Assembly (NCBI GenBank): GCA_036397875.1
Contig: DASWIC010000296.1
Location: 13,347 to 77,346, forward strand
Direction of reading: 5' to 3'
From: Burkholderiales bacterium
GTDB lineage: Bacteria > Pseudomonadota > Gammaproteobacteria > Burkholderiales > SG8-41
Length of the DNA stretch: 64,000 nt
Made by a program: the position numbers and the translations under genes. How positions within the stretch are numbered: position 1 is the stretch's first letter; the number at the start of each line of letters is the position of its first letter. Below the pieces are notes generated by a model. That model made no database searches, was not told the DNA's origin, and worked only from the letters and a program-made list of their open reading frames with translations. This document shows positions 45,776 through 54,995 of the stretch, one piece after another.

Positions 45776-46872
45776 GCGCGACCCTCGGTAGCGCCGCTGG
45801 CGCCGGTGAGCTCGCGGCGGCGCGTGCTCGACGGCCACAGGCCGGCGGGCCGAAACTGCATCATCAGCACCAGCGCCAGCCCGAACAGCAGCATGCGCAG
45901 GTCGGAGGGGTCGACGTAGACCTCGCCCAGCCAATCCTCCTGCAGTGGGCCGGCGTAGCGCAGTGCCTCGGGCAGCGCGGTGAGCAGCGCGGCCCCGAGC
46001 ACGACGCCGCCGACGTTGCCCATGCCGCCCAGCACCACCATGCACAGCACCATGATGGAATCCAGCAACGTGAAGCTCTCCGGGCTGACGAAGCCCTGGA
46101 ACGAGGCGAACAGCCCCCCGGCCACGCCGCCGAAGGTCGCCCCCATGGCGAAGGCGAGCAGCTTCAGGTCGCGGGTATTGATGCCCATCGCCGCGGCCGC
46201 GACTTCGTCCTCGCGGATCGCGATCCAGGCGCGGCCGATCCGCGAGTCCTCCAGCCGCAGCGAGACGAATATCGCGGCGAGCGCGCAGGCGAGGAACACG
46301 AAATAATAGCCGTGGACCGGCGCGATCGTGAGCCCGGCCACCGAGTAGGTCTTGTTGAGTGCGATCCCGCCCACGGCGAGCGGGTCGATCAGCGTGATTC
46401 CCTGCGGGCCGTTGGTGATGTTGACCGGGCGGTTGAGGTTGTTGAGCAGGATGCGGATGATCTCGCCGAAGCCGAGGGTCACGATCGCCAGGTAGTCCCC
46501 GCGCAGGCGCAGCGTGGGCGCGCCGAGCAGCACGCCGAACACCGCCGTGACCAACGCGCCCAGCGGCAGCAGCAGGACGAACGACCAGTGGATGTCGAAC
46601 TGGGGCGACGCCAGCAGCGCGTAGCAGTAGGCGCCGACCGCGAAGAAGGCGATGTAACCGAGATCGAGCAGGCCCGCAAAGCCGACCACGATGTTGAGTC
46701 CCAGGGCGAGCAGGATGAAGAGCAGCGCGACGTCGACGATCCGCACCCAGGCCCGCCCCAGCACGGCATCGATCGCAAACGGCGCCGCGAGGAGGAGCGC
46801 CGCCGCAAGCAGCCAGATCGCCCACCTGAGGCGCGGGGAGGTCACCATGCGCCGGCCCTGAGGGTCATGCAC
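45772..46872 (-). CDS. livM: branched-chain amino acid ABC transporter permease
   Basis: 366 aa polytopic membrane protein of LivM type. Start is GTG 46872 or ATG 46848. Confidence 0.88.
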   Translation of the reverse strand: MHDPQGRRMVTSPRLRWAIWLLAAALLLAAPFAIDAVLGRAWVRIVDVALLFILLALGLNIVVGFAGLLDLGYIAFFAVGAYCYALLASPQFDIHWSFVLLLPLGALVTAVFGVLLGAPTLRLRGDYLAIVTLGFGEIIRILLNNLNRPVNITNGPQGITLIDPLAVGGIALNKTYSVAGLTIAPVHGYYFVFLACALAAIFVSLRLEDSRIGRAWIAIREDEVAAAAMGINTRDLKLLAFAMGATFGGVAGGLFASFQGFVSPESFTLLDSIMVLCMVVLGGMGNVGGVVLGAALLTALPEALRYAGPLQEDWLGEVYVDPSDLRMLLFGLALVLMMQFRPAGLWPSSTRRRELTGASGATEGRA

Positions 46873-47788
46873 GGTCGCCCGTGTGCTGGCCCAATATGCC
46901 GGTGGGCCTGAACACCAGCACGAGGATCAGCACGAGGAAGGCGAAGATGTCGCGGTAGTTGCTGCCGAGCACTCCGCCGGTGAGATCGCCGATGTAGCCC
47001 GAGGCGAGGCTCTCGATCACGCCCAGCAGCAGCCCCCCCAGCATGGCGCCGGCGACGTTGCCGATGCCGCCGAGCACCGCGGCGGTAAAGGCCTTCAGCC
47101 CGAGCATGAATCCCATGAAATAGTGGCCGATGCCGTAGTAGAGCACGATCATGACCCCCGCGATCGCGCCGACCGCCGATCCGAGCAGGAAGGTGAAGGC
47201 GATGACACGATCGATGTTGACGCCCATCAGCCCGGCGATCTCGGCGTTTTGCGCGGTCGCGCGCATCGCGCGGCCCAATCGGCTTGCCTTGATAAACCAG
47301 AGCAGGCCCGCCATCACCGCGCACGCGAGCACGAAGATGAAGGCCTGGAGCTCGGTGAATTGCGCGCCCCCCAAGGCCACCGTGCCGGGCTTGACGAGTT
47401 CGGGCATGGAGAGGTACTGCTTGCCCCAGACGAGCGCTGCGGAGTACTGCAGCAGGATCGAGACGCCGATCGCCGTGATCAGCGGCGCAAGCCGTGGCGC
47501 GCGCCGCAGCGGGCGGTAGGCGGCGCGTTCGATGGTGACACCGAGCGTGACGCAGACCAGCGTCGCCGTCAGCGCCGCGACGAGCAGCACCGCCGGGCCG
47601 GGGAGGACGCTCCCGGCGAGCGCCTGCGCGACCGAGAGCGCGACCAGCGCGCCGATCATGACAATGTCGCCGTGCGCGAAGTTGATGAGGCCGAGTATGC
47701 CGTAGACCATGGTGTAGCCGAGCGCGACCAGCGCGTAGATGCTGCCCAGCACCAGGCCGTTCACGATCTGCTGGAGAAAGATGTCCAT
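46865..47788 (-). CDS. livH: branched-chain amino acid ABC transporter permease
   Basis: 307 aa. MDIFLQQIVNGLVLGSIYALVALGYTMVYG is a typical LivH N-terminus. Confidence 0.9.
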   Translation of the reverse strand: MDIFLQQIVNGLVLGSIYALVALGYTMVYGILGLINFAHGDIVMIGALVALSVAQALAGSVLPGPAVLLVAALTATLVCVTLGVTIERAAYRPLRRAPRLAPLITAIGVSILLQYSAALVWGKQYLSMPELVKPGTVALGGAQFTELQAFIFVLACAVMAGLLWFIKASRLGRAMRATAQNAEIAGLMGVNIDRVIAFTFLLGSAVGAIAGVMIVLYYGIGHYFMGFMLGLKAFTAAVLGGIGNVAGAMLGGLLLGVIESLASGYIGDLTGGVLGSNYRDIFAFLVLILVLVFRPTGILGQHTGDRA

Positions 47789-47803
47789 AGTCGGGCGAGT
47801 CAG

Positions 47804-47831
47804 CGCGAAAACGGCACCGCGAGGGTGCCGT
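47804..47831 (-). terminator. intra-operon hairpin / partial terminator between the binding-protein gene and livH
   Basis: Minus strand: ACGGCACC-CTCGC-GGTGCCGT followed by TTTTCGCG. It lies in the 90-nt gap after the SBP gene. Confidence 0.45.
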
Positions 47832-47878
47832 TCTTTGCCTTCCCGTGAATCACGCGGGCCGCCGGATCCCGGGGCGCG

Positions 47879-49057
47879 TTACGTCGACTTTTTCATCGGG
47901 GGCCGCGTGGGCTTCTCCGCGCCGGGAATCACGGTCTCGAGCGGCTCCCACTTGCCGCCCTTCACGACGTAGATGGTAATGGGGCCGTCTTTCAAGTCGC
48001 CCTTCTCGTCGAAGGCGATCGGCCCGATCACGCCCTGGTAGCGGGTCTTGCCGAGCTCCGGCAGGAACTTCGCGGGTTCGGTCGATCCGGCGCGCTTCAT
48101 GGCGTCGACGAACACCATCACCGCGTCGTAGCCCATCGGAGCGAACAACTCGACTTCGGCCTTGAACTTGGCCCGGTACTTGGCCATGAACGCGTTGCCG
48201 CCGGGCATCTGCTCCTTGGGCAGGCCCGGAATCGAGGCCATGACGCCCTCCGCGGCGGCCCCGGCGAGCTTGATGAAATTGGGCGTCTGCATGCCATCCC
48301 CGCCGATGAAGCGGGCCTGGATACCGAGTTCGGCCAACTGCTTCACCATCGGCCCGGCCTGCGGGTCGATGCCGCCGAACATGACGAGATCGGGCCGGCG
48401 TCCCTTGATCTTGGTGAGGATCGCCATGAAATCGGTGTCCTTGTCGGTGGTGTGCTCGCGCGCGACGATGCGCGCGCCGCGCGCCTTGACGGTGGCCGAG
48501 AACGCGTCGGCGAGGCCTTGGCCGTAGGCCGTGCTGTCGTCAACCACCGCGATGCTCTTCGCCTTGAGCTTCTCGATCGCGAACCGGCCGAGCGTCGGCC
48601 CCTGCTGGTCGTCGTGCGCGACGACCCGGAACGTGGTCTTGAAGCCCTGTTGCGTGTACTTGGGATTGGTCGAGGACGGGGAGATCTGGGGGATGCCGGC
48701 GTCGGAGTAAATCCGCGAGGCCGGGATCGAGGCGCCCGAGTTGAAGTGGCCGACGACCGCCACCACCTTCGCGTCGGCCAGTTTCTGCGCGACAGTGGTG
48801 GCCTTGGTCGGGTTCGCCTCATCGTCCTCGGCAATGAGCCGGAACGTCACTTTCCTGCCGCCGATTTCCGTGCCAACGGCATTGAGGTCTTCGATCGCGA
48901 GCTGCACGCCGTTGCGGATGTCGATGCCGATGTGCGCCTGCGACCCCGTCAGCGGCGACGCGGAGCCGATCTTGACCGCGGAATCGTCTCGGGCGCAGCT
49001 CGCGGCGAGGGCGGCGGCCAGGACCAAAGCGATGCTTCGAAACGGCCTCGGATTCAT
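47879..49057 (-). CDS. LivJ/LivK-type (type 1 periplasmic binding fold) amino-acid-binding lipoprotein
   Basis: ATG 49057: MNPRPFRSIALVLAAALAASCARDD (lipobox), then KIGSASPLTGSQAHIG and VVGHFNSGASIPAS, typical of Leu/Ile/Val-binding proteins. The ligand cannot be told from the sequence. Confidence 0.85.
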   Translation of the reverse strand: MNPRPFRSIALVLAAALAASCARDDSAVKIGSASPLTGSQAHIGIDIRNGVQLAIEDLNAVGTEIGGRKVTFRLIAEDDEANPTKATTVAQKLADAKVVAVVGHFNSGASIPASRIYSDAGIPQISPSSTNPKYTQQGFKTTFRVVAHDDQQGPTLGRFAIEKLKAKSIAVVDDSTAYGQGLADAFSATVKARGARIVAREHTTDKDTDFMAILTKIKGRRPDLVMFGGIDPQAGPMVKQLAELGIQARFIGGDGMQTPNFIKLAGAAAEGVMASIPGLPKEQMPGGNAFMAKYRAKFKAEVELFAPMGYDAVMVFVDAMKRAGSTEPAKFLPELGKTRYQGVIGPIAFDEKGDLKDGPITIYVVKGGKWEPLETVIPGAEKPTRPPMKKST

Positions 49058-49133
49058 GCGGGTACCTAGCGGTAAATGGTTGTTGCTACTAGGGAAATTA
49101 TTATCCTCAGGGGCTCCAGCATTGTCAATCGAG

Positions 49134-49153
49134 GAGGCGGCCTGCCGCCTCCA
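49134..49153 (-). terminator. GC-rich hairpin downstream of the cytochrome c551 gene
   Basis: GGAGGCGG-CAGG-CCGCCTCC on the minus strand, 8 nt after the stop. It is followed by only a weak T-tract (TCGATTG). Confidence 0.4.
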
Positions 49154-49160
49154 TTGCAGC

Positions 49161-49487
49161 TTATTTGAGCGACAGTATCCACTGCACGATGGCCCGGATA
49201 TCCGCATCCTTGACGTGCGCGTTGGGCGGCATCGGGATGTCGCCCCACGCGCCCTTGCCGCCCGCCTTCACCTTCTGAGCCAGGTTTGCTGCGGCGCCTT
49301 TGTCCGTGCGGTAGCGCTTGGCGATCTCCTGGTAGCTCGGCCCCACCAGCTTTTTGTCCACCGTGTGGCAGGCGAGGCAGCCGCTCGACTTCGCGAGCGC
49401 TTCGGCGGCCTTGGCATCGGCGGCATGAGCGCCCGCGGCAAGCGTGACCGACGCGGCGGCGGCGAGCAGAGTCATGGCGAATTTCAT
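49161..49487 (-). CDS. class I monohaem cytochrome c (c551/c552 type)
   Basis: 108 aa. Signal peptide, CLACH haem motif and Met-ligand region GDIPMPPN. Confidence 0.9.
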   Translation of the reverse strand: MKFAMTLLAAAASVTLAAGAHAADAKAAEALAKSSGCLACHTVDKKLVGPSYQEIAKRYRTDKGAAANLAQKVKAGGKGAWGDIPMPPNAHVKDADIRAIVQWILSLK

Positions 49488-49532
49488 ACCGGGTCTCCGG
49501 GCGGGTGTAGGTTCACGTCAAAAAACCCGCGC

Positions 49533-49562
49533 ATTCTAGTGCCGTTCCAGCCGGTTTAACAA
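49533..49562 (-). promoter_or_regulatory. putative sigma70 promoter for the cytochrome c551 gene
   Basis: Minus strand: TTGTTA - 18 nt - TAGAAT, about 45 nt upstream of the ATG. Pattern match only. Confidence 0.3.
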
Positions 49563-49606
49563 GCACGATAACGTCGTCTGCCAGCGGTCGCGGATGCCCG
49601 ATGCGC

Positions 49607-51658
49607 TCAGGCCGCGCTGGCGGGCAGGGACAGGACGCGCTCCAGTTCGGCGAGATCGCTGATCGCCGGCAGGCAGGTCATGCCGCGGCACACCCAGGCA
49701 TTGACACCGCCGGCCGAAGCGGCTTTGTCGAGGACCGGCGGCAGCCCCGCCCGGCCTGCCGGTATGGCGATGACGAGGGTATCGGGCCGGTAGCGCGCGG
49801 CGAGCGCGCGTTGCCACTGCTCCAGCGCGCCGGCTTCGCCGCGCAGGATGATGAGCTGGGGCGGGACGAGGTGCTCGTCGAGCGCCGTCGCGAGGCTCAC
49901 AAAAGCGCTCGGCTGGCGCTCGAGCGCGGCATAAAAGAGCTGCAACGCGCGCTCCGCCGCGTCCAGGTAGCGGGGCTCGCCGACGAGGTGCCCGAGCCGC
50001 TGCAGGGCGAGCGCCGCGACGCCGTTGCCGGCCGGCGTCGCGTTGTCGTGGCCCGGCTTGGCGCGGTGGATGAGCTGCTCGTGGTCGTGGGAGACGAAAA
50101 AGAAGCCGCCCGCGACAGGATCCTCGAACTGCTCGAGCAGGCGTTCCGCCAGCTCGCGCGCAAACTGCAAATCGTCCTCCCTGAACTCGCATTGCATGAT
50201 TTCGAGCAGCGCATCGAGCAGGAAGGCGTGGTCGTCGAGATAGGCGTTCAGGTGCGGGATGCCATCCTTGTAGGTGGCGCAAAGACGCCCGCCGCGCCAC
50301 ATCGTCGCCCGGATGAATTCCAGCGCCTGCCGGGCGGAGGCCAGCCACGCCGCCTCGCCGAACACGCGGGCGGCGCGCGCGAGGCCCCGCACCATCATCG
50401 CGTTCCAGCTCGTGAGCACCTTGTCGTCCCGTCCCGGGCGCACGCGCTGCTCGCGCGCGGCGAGAAGCTTCCTGCGCGCGGACTCGAGCCGTGTCTCGCA
50501 TTCCGCTACCGGTCGATCGAGCCTCCGCGCGATGACATCGAGCGGCTTCATCACCCGCAGGTGCCACGCGCGTCCCTCGAAATTAGGCGCGCCGTCGAGC
50601 CCGTAGTGGGGCTCGACCACGGCGTACTCCTCGGGCGTGAGGTGGCTTTTCACCTCGTGCGGCGTCCACACGTAGTACTTGCCTTCTTCGTGCTCGGAAT
50701 CGGCATCGAGCGAGGAGTAGTAGCCGCCCTCGGGCGACTGCATCTCGCGCATGACCCAACCCGCGATCCCGTGCGCCGCTTGCTGGAGGAGCGGCTGCCG
50801 CGTGACGAGCCACGCGTCGCTGTAGAGCGCAACCAGCGCTGCATTGTCGTAGAGCATTTTCTCGAAGTGCGGAATGCTCCAGTACGGATCGACGCTGTAG
50901 CGGCAGAAGCCGCCTCCCAGCTGGTCGTGGATGCCGCCCTCGGCCATCTTCACGAGCGTGAGGTGCGCGATCGAGAGGCTCAGCTCGCCGCCGTCGAGCG
51001 CGTGGCGCCGCAGGCAGAAGGCGAGCTCGAAGGGGTGCGGGAACTTCGGCGCCTGGCCGATGCCGCCGTGCACGTCGTCGAATACTTGCGCGAATTCGCG
51101 CACCGCGGCGTCGAGCGGCGAGCGCTTGAACTCCGGCGCGCCCGCGGGCGCAGGCAACGTGCGGGCGAGCGCATCGAGCAGCGCCGCGTTCTGCCGCGCG
51201 ATCTCCGCGCGCTTGTCGCGGTACGCTTCCGCGACGCGCGGCAGCAAGTCGAGAAAACCGGCCATGCCGTGACGGGCGCGCTTGGGGAAATAGGTGCCGC
51301 CAAAAAACGGCGTGCCGTCGGGCATGAGGAAGAGCGTGAGCGGCCAGCCGCCGCTGCGTTGCGTCAGCATCGCATGCGCGGTCTGGTAGATCTGGTCGAG
51401 ATCCGGCCGCTCCTCCCGGTCGACCTTGATGTTGATGAAGTGGCGGTTCATCTCGGCCGCGACCTCCGGGTCCTCGAACGACTCGTGCGCCATCACATGG
51501 CACCAGTGGCAGGCCGAGTAGCCGATCGACAGCAGGATCGGCTTGTCTTGACCGCGCGCCGCCGCGAGCGCCTCCTCGCTCCACGGATACCAGTCAACCG
51601 GGTTGTCCGCGTGCTGCTGGAGATAAGGGGAAGTCTGGTTGGCGAGGCGGTTGGGCAT
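49607..51658 (-). CDS. thioredoxin-domain (DUF255/YyaL-like) protein with a C-terminal alpha/alpha-toroid-like region
   Basis: 683 aa. N-terminus [29 protein letters not shown] and [11 protein letters not shown] are typical of the DUF255 thioredoxin-fold family. Confidence 0.85.
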   Translation of the reverse strand: MPNRLANQTSPYLQQHADNPVDWYPWSEEALAAARGQDKPILLSIGYSACHWCHVMAHESFEDPEVAAEMNRHFINIKVDREERPDLDQIYQTAHAMLTQRSGGWPLTLFLMPDGTPFFGGTYFPKRARHGMAGFLDLLPRVAEAYRDKRAEIARQNAALLDALARTLPAPAGAPEFKRSPLDAAVREFAQVFDDVHGGIGQAPKFPHPFELAFCLRRHALDGGELSLSIAHLTLVKMAEGGIHDQLGGGFCRYSVDPYWSIPHFEKMLYDNAALVALYSDAWLVTRQPLLQQAAHGIAGWVMREMQSPEGGYYSSLDADSEHEEGKYYVWTPHEVKSHLTPEEYAVVEPHYGLDGAPNFEGRAWHLRVMKPLDVIARRLDRPVAECETRLESARRKLLAAREQRVRPGRDDKVLTSWNAMMVRGLARAARVFGEAAWLASARQALEFIRATMWRGGRLCATYKDGIPHLNAYLDDHAFLLDALLEIMQCEFREDDLQFARELAERLLEQFEDPVAGGFFFVSHDHEQLIHRAKPGHDNATPAGNGVAALALQRLGHLVGEPRYLDAAERALQLFYAALERQPSAFVSLATALDEHLVPPQLIILRGEAGALEQWQRALAARYRPDTLVIAIPAGRAGLPPVLDKAASAGGVNAWVCRGMTCLPAISDLAELERVLSLPASAA

Positions 51659-51723
51659 GGCGAGCGGCAGTGCCGGTCCATTGTGTCACGACCCGCCCGG
51701 GCCGCGCATCGTGCCGGCGCGCT

Positions 51724-52671
51724 TCAGCGTGCCTCGACTATGGCTTGCAGCGTGGCCTGGTAGTGAGCGCGCCGCGGGCCGCCGAGGCTGACCGCGCGTC
51801 GTGCCGCAACCAGCGCTTCATCGCGCTGCCGGAGCTCGAGCAGAGACTGCGCGAGATTGTTCCAGGCATCGGCCGCCTGGGGGTGGAGGCGCGTCGCCTC
51901 GCGGTAGGCCGCTTCAGCGCCCGGTAGATCGCGCAGCGCGTAGGCGGCATTCCCCTGCCCGATCCGTGCCGCCAGGCTGCCCGGCCAGCGTTCCAGTGCC
52001 GTCGTGTAGGCGCGGCGCGCGGCGGCGGGCGCGACACGCTCCAGCGCCGCGACCGCAACCACGTATTGATCTTCGCTCGCCGTTGTCGGCAGCCGCTCCG
52101 GCCCGAGCGCCAGCATGGCCCAGTGCTCGCCGCGCGCCCAGGTGCGCTCGAAGGTGGCGAGTGTCATGACCAGGCGCCGTGTCGTGGCGGAGCGCAGGAT
52201 GATTTCCTCGCGCCGCAGGTCGTAGCCGATGACCACGGCGTAATGCCAGAGCGGCGCAAATCCGAGCGCGAGGTTCTGGAGCACGATCACTGGAGCACCG
52301 TCGGTCACCTCAAGCAGCACATCCTCGAGCCGAGGCGCCAGGCGGTAGGCGACCCGCCCGTGGCGGCGGGCGGCCGCCAGCATCTCCGCCTGCAGCGAGC
52401 CCTCACGGCCGGGCAGGTAGACCTGGGGGGCGAGGGCCTCGGGCGTCGTTGCCGAGCCGGCGTGCGTGAGCACCGTGGCAAGCGCAGCGGGGCCGCATTG
52501 ATAGTCTTCCTGGGGAAAGAACGGAACGCTGGCGAGCTCGACGCGCGCGGGCAATACGGCAGATGATGATGCGCGGATCGCGGCAACCTGCGGGGTCGCG
52601 CAGGCGGCAAGTCCCGTGAGCATGGCGCACAGCAAAACTCCCGCGCTGGCGGGGGCTGCATACCGGAACAT
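51724..52671 (-). CDS. C39-like cysteine peptidase lipoprotein with C-terminal TPR repeats (PA2778-like)
   Basis: ATG 52671: MFRYAAPASAGVLLCAMLTGLAAC (lipobox). Catalytic Cys context QEDYQCGPAALATVL, His context LWHYAVVIGYD. TPR-like C-terminus (AYALRDLPGAEAAYREATRLHPQAADAWNNLAQ). The 431-aa track ORF is a spurious extension. Confidence 0.8.
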   Translation of the reverse strand: MFRYAAPASAGVLLCAMLTGLAACATPQVAAIRASSSAVLPARVELASVPFFPQEDYQCGPAALATVLTHAGSATTPEALAPQVYLPGREGSLQAEMLAAARRHGRVAYRLAPRLEDVLLEVTDGAPVIVLQNLALGFAPLWHYAVVIGYDLRREEIILRSATTRRLVMTLATFERTWARGEHWAMLALGPERLPTTASEDQYVVAVAALERVAPAAARRAYTTALERWPGSLAARIGQGNAAYALRDLPGAEAAYREATRLHPQAADAWNNLAQSLLELRQRDEALVAARRAVSLGGPRRAHYQATLQAIVEAR

Positions 52672-52676
52672 CGAGG

Positions 52677-53060
52677 CTATTTCTGCGCCGGCCTGGTGAA
52701 CGGGAATATCTTCGTGTAGCCCATGATGTCGGTGAAGAGCAGGACGAGGAAAACGATCAGCGCGACGGTCAGGACATCGGTGCCGCCGGCGGGCAGCTGA
52801 TCCAGGCGGCCCGTCAGCGCAGCGACCTCCTCGTCGCTCAGCGCGTCCACGCGGGCGAGCGCCGCGCCGGGCTCGACTCCGAGCGATTCCAGCTCCGCCC
52901 GCACCTCGGCGCGCTCCAGAAAGCCTTTCACTTGATCGCGCTTGAGGCCGGCGTGGACCTCCTCGGTCGACACGATGCCGGCGAACGACGGCGGCGGCAA
53001 ACCCCAGCCGAGGGTGCAAACGACGAGTGCGCGCGCGATGCTTCGGTTAAAGGCGTTCAT
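52677..53060 (-). CDS. small secreted, C-terminally membrane-anchored protein (PA2779-like)
   Basis: 127 aa. Strong SD (GGAGG 6 nt upstream). Signal peptide, a helical acidic region (ALSDEEVAALTGRLDQLPAGG), then TM VLTVALIVFLVLLFTDIMGY. Ends 5 nt before the peptidase gene. Confidence 0.75.
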   Translation of the reverse strand: MNAFNRSIARALVVCTLGWGLPPPSFAGIVSTEEVHAGLKRDQVKGFLERAEVRAELESLGVEPGAALARVDALSDEEVAALTGRLDQLPAGGTDVLTVALIVFLVLLFTDIMGYTKIFPFTRPAQK

Positions 53061-53266
53061 GGCGACCTCCTATGAGTTGGAAGCGACACGCCATTATCGG
53101 TTCCCGGCGAGCGCCAGCGCCAGCGACAAGTTGACGCTGTCGCCGGGTAGCGACAGCGCGCGCGCTCAATTGCGGCGCCGGGCGGTTTCGGGAGCGGCGA
53201 ATCCTTCGAGCTTCTGCAGGTGACCGATCAATACGTCGCGCAAGGACTCATGTGGCGGGCGCGCGA

Positions 53267-54940
53267 TCAGTCGGTCACGGCGCCGCGGCTCGCCGAGGAA
53301 ACCTGTGCCGCGTACTTGGCCATGATGCCGCGCGTGTAGCGCGGCGCCGGCGCACGCCATGCCGCGCGTCGGCGCGCGAGCTCTTCGTCGGATACGTTGA
53401 CCTGCAGCAGGCGGCGTTCGGCGTCGATTGTGACCGAGTCGCCTTCGTGCACCAGCGCGATCGGGCCGCCTACCGCGGCTTCCGGCGCGACGTGCCCCAC
53501 GACCATGCCGTAGGTTCCGCCCGAGAAGCGCCCGTCGGTGATGAGCCCCACGTCCTCGGCGTGCCCCTCGCCCACCAGCGCGGAAGTGGGCGAGAGCATC
53601 TCGCGCATGCCCGGCCCGCCTTTCGGTCCCTCGTAGCGGATCACCACCACGTCACCCGAGCGAATGTCCTTCCTGAGGATCGCGGCCATCGCCGCCTCCT
53701 CGGAGTCGAATACCCGCGCAGGCCCGGTGATCTTCGGGCGCTTCAGCCCGGCGATCTTGGCGACCGCCCCTTCCGGCGCGAGATTGCCCTTGAGAATGGC
53801 GAGGTGGCCGTGCGGGTAGATCGGGTTCTCCCATTGCCGGATCACGTCCTGGTTGCGCGGCGGGCGCGCGGGCACCTTCCGCAGGAGCTCGCCGAGAGTC
53901 TTGCCGGTGATCGTCATGCAATCGTCGTGCAGCAGCCCGTGCTCGAGCAGCATCTTCATCACCTGCGGGATGCCGCCCGCCTCGTGCAGGTTGGTCGCGA
54001 CGTAGCGCCCCGAGGGCTTCAGGTCGCACAGCACCGGGACCCGCCCGCGGATAGTCTCGAAGTCGTCCATCGCGAGCGGCACCTCCGCGGCGTGCGCGAT
54101 CGCGAGAAGGTGCAGCACGGCGTTGGTGGAACCGCCGACCGCCATGACGACCGCGATGGCGTTCTCGAAGCTCTTGCGCGTCATGATCGCGCGCGGCAGG
54201 AGCTCCCGCTTAATCGCGTGAACCAGCGCCTGCGCCGACTCGGCCGCGCTGTCGTGCTTTTCCCTGTCTTCCGCTGCCATGGTCGACGAGCCCGGCAGGC
54301 TCATGCCCATGGCCTCGATCGCCGAGGACATGGTGTTGGCGGTGTACATGCCGCCGCACGAGCCGGCCCCGGGACAGGCGCGGCGCTCGACCCCCAGCAG
54401 CTCTTCCTTGCCGATCTTGCCTGCGGTGAATTCACCGACCGCCTCGAACGAGCTCACCACGGTCAAGTCGCGTCCCCGGTAGTGGCCGGGCTTGATGGTG
54501 CCGCCATAGACGAAGATCGCCGGGATGTTCAAGCGGCCGATGGCGATCATCGCGCCCGGCATGTTCTTGTCGCAGCCGCCGATCGCGATGAGCCCGTCCA
54601 TGCGCTGCCCCTGCACGGCGGTCTCGATCGAGTCCGCGATCACTTCGCGCGACACCAGGGAGAATTTCATGCCCTCGGTGCCCATCGAGATGCCGTCGGA
54701 GACCGTGATCGTGCCGAAAGTCTGCGGCATCGCGCCAGCGCGCTTCGCAGCCGCCTCCGCGCGCCGCGTGAGGTCATTCAGGCCCAGGTTGCACGGCGTG
54801 ATCGTGGAATAGCCGTTGGCGATGCCCACGATCGGTTTCTTGAAATCGGCGTCCTTGAAGCCGACCGCGCGCAGCATCGCGCGGTTGGGCGAGCGCTGCA
54901 CGCCCTGGGTGATCAGCTGGCTGCGCTTGTTGAGCGGCAT
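53267..54940 (-). CDS. ilvD: dihydroxy-acid dehydratase
   Basis: 557 aa. [20 protein letters not shown] and [16 protein letters not shown] motifs. Confidence 0.95.
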   Translation of the reverse strand: MPLNKRSQLITQGVQRSPNRAMLRAVGFKDADFKKPIVGIANGYSTITPCNLGLNDLTRRAEAAAKRAGAMPQTFGTITVSDGISMGTEGMKFSLVSREVIADSIETAVQGQRMDGLIAIGGCDKNMPGAMIAIGRLNIPAIFVYGGTIKPGHYRGRDLTVVSSFEAVGEFTAGKIGKEELLGVERRACPGAGSCGGMYTANTMSSAIEAMGMSLPGSSTMAAEDREKHDSAAESAQALVHAIKRELLPRAIMTRKSFENAIAVVMAVGGSTNAVLHLLAIAHAAEVPLAMDDFETIRGRVPVLCDLKPSGRYVATNLHEAGGIPQVMKMLLEHGLLHDDCMTITGKTLGELLRKVPARPPRNQDVIRQWENPIYPHGHLAILKGNLAPEGAVAKIAGLKRPKITGPARVFDSEEAAMAAILRKDIRSGDVVVIRYEGPKGGPGMREMLSPTSALVGEGHAEDVGLITDGRFSGGTYGMVVGHVAPEAAVGGPIALVHEGDSVTIDAERRLLQVNVSDEELARRRAAWRAPAPRYTRGIMAKYAAQVSSASRGAVTD

Positions 54941-54995
54941 GGGGAAACTCCGGAAGTGGCTTATATAATGAGGAGTGGGATTTTAGCTCAACCTC

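Noticed and set aside
45776-46825. N-terminal 350 residues of the 611-aa track ORF that ends as livG
   Set aside because: It overlaps the livM permease gene out of frame. A GTGA stop/start junction at 45772-45775 gives a normal-length LivG.
49601-51763. 720-aa plus-strand ORF opposite the DUF255 thioredoxin-fold gene
   Set aside because: Same artefact. The minus-strand product has clear family motifs (CHWCHVM), while the plus-strand product is R/A/G/E-rich with no motifs.
52672-53019. Upstream extension of the peptidase ORF (431-aa version) across the PA2779-like gene
   Set aside because: The extension is Arg/Gly/Pro-rich and overlaps a gene that has a strong RBS and a sensible signal-peptide/TM architecture. 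ATG 52671 yields a proper lipoprotein signal.
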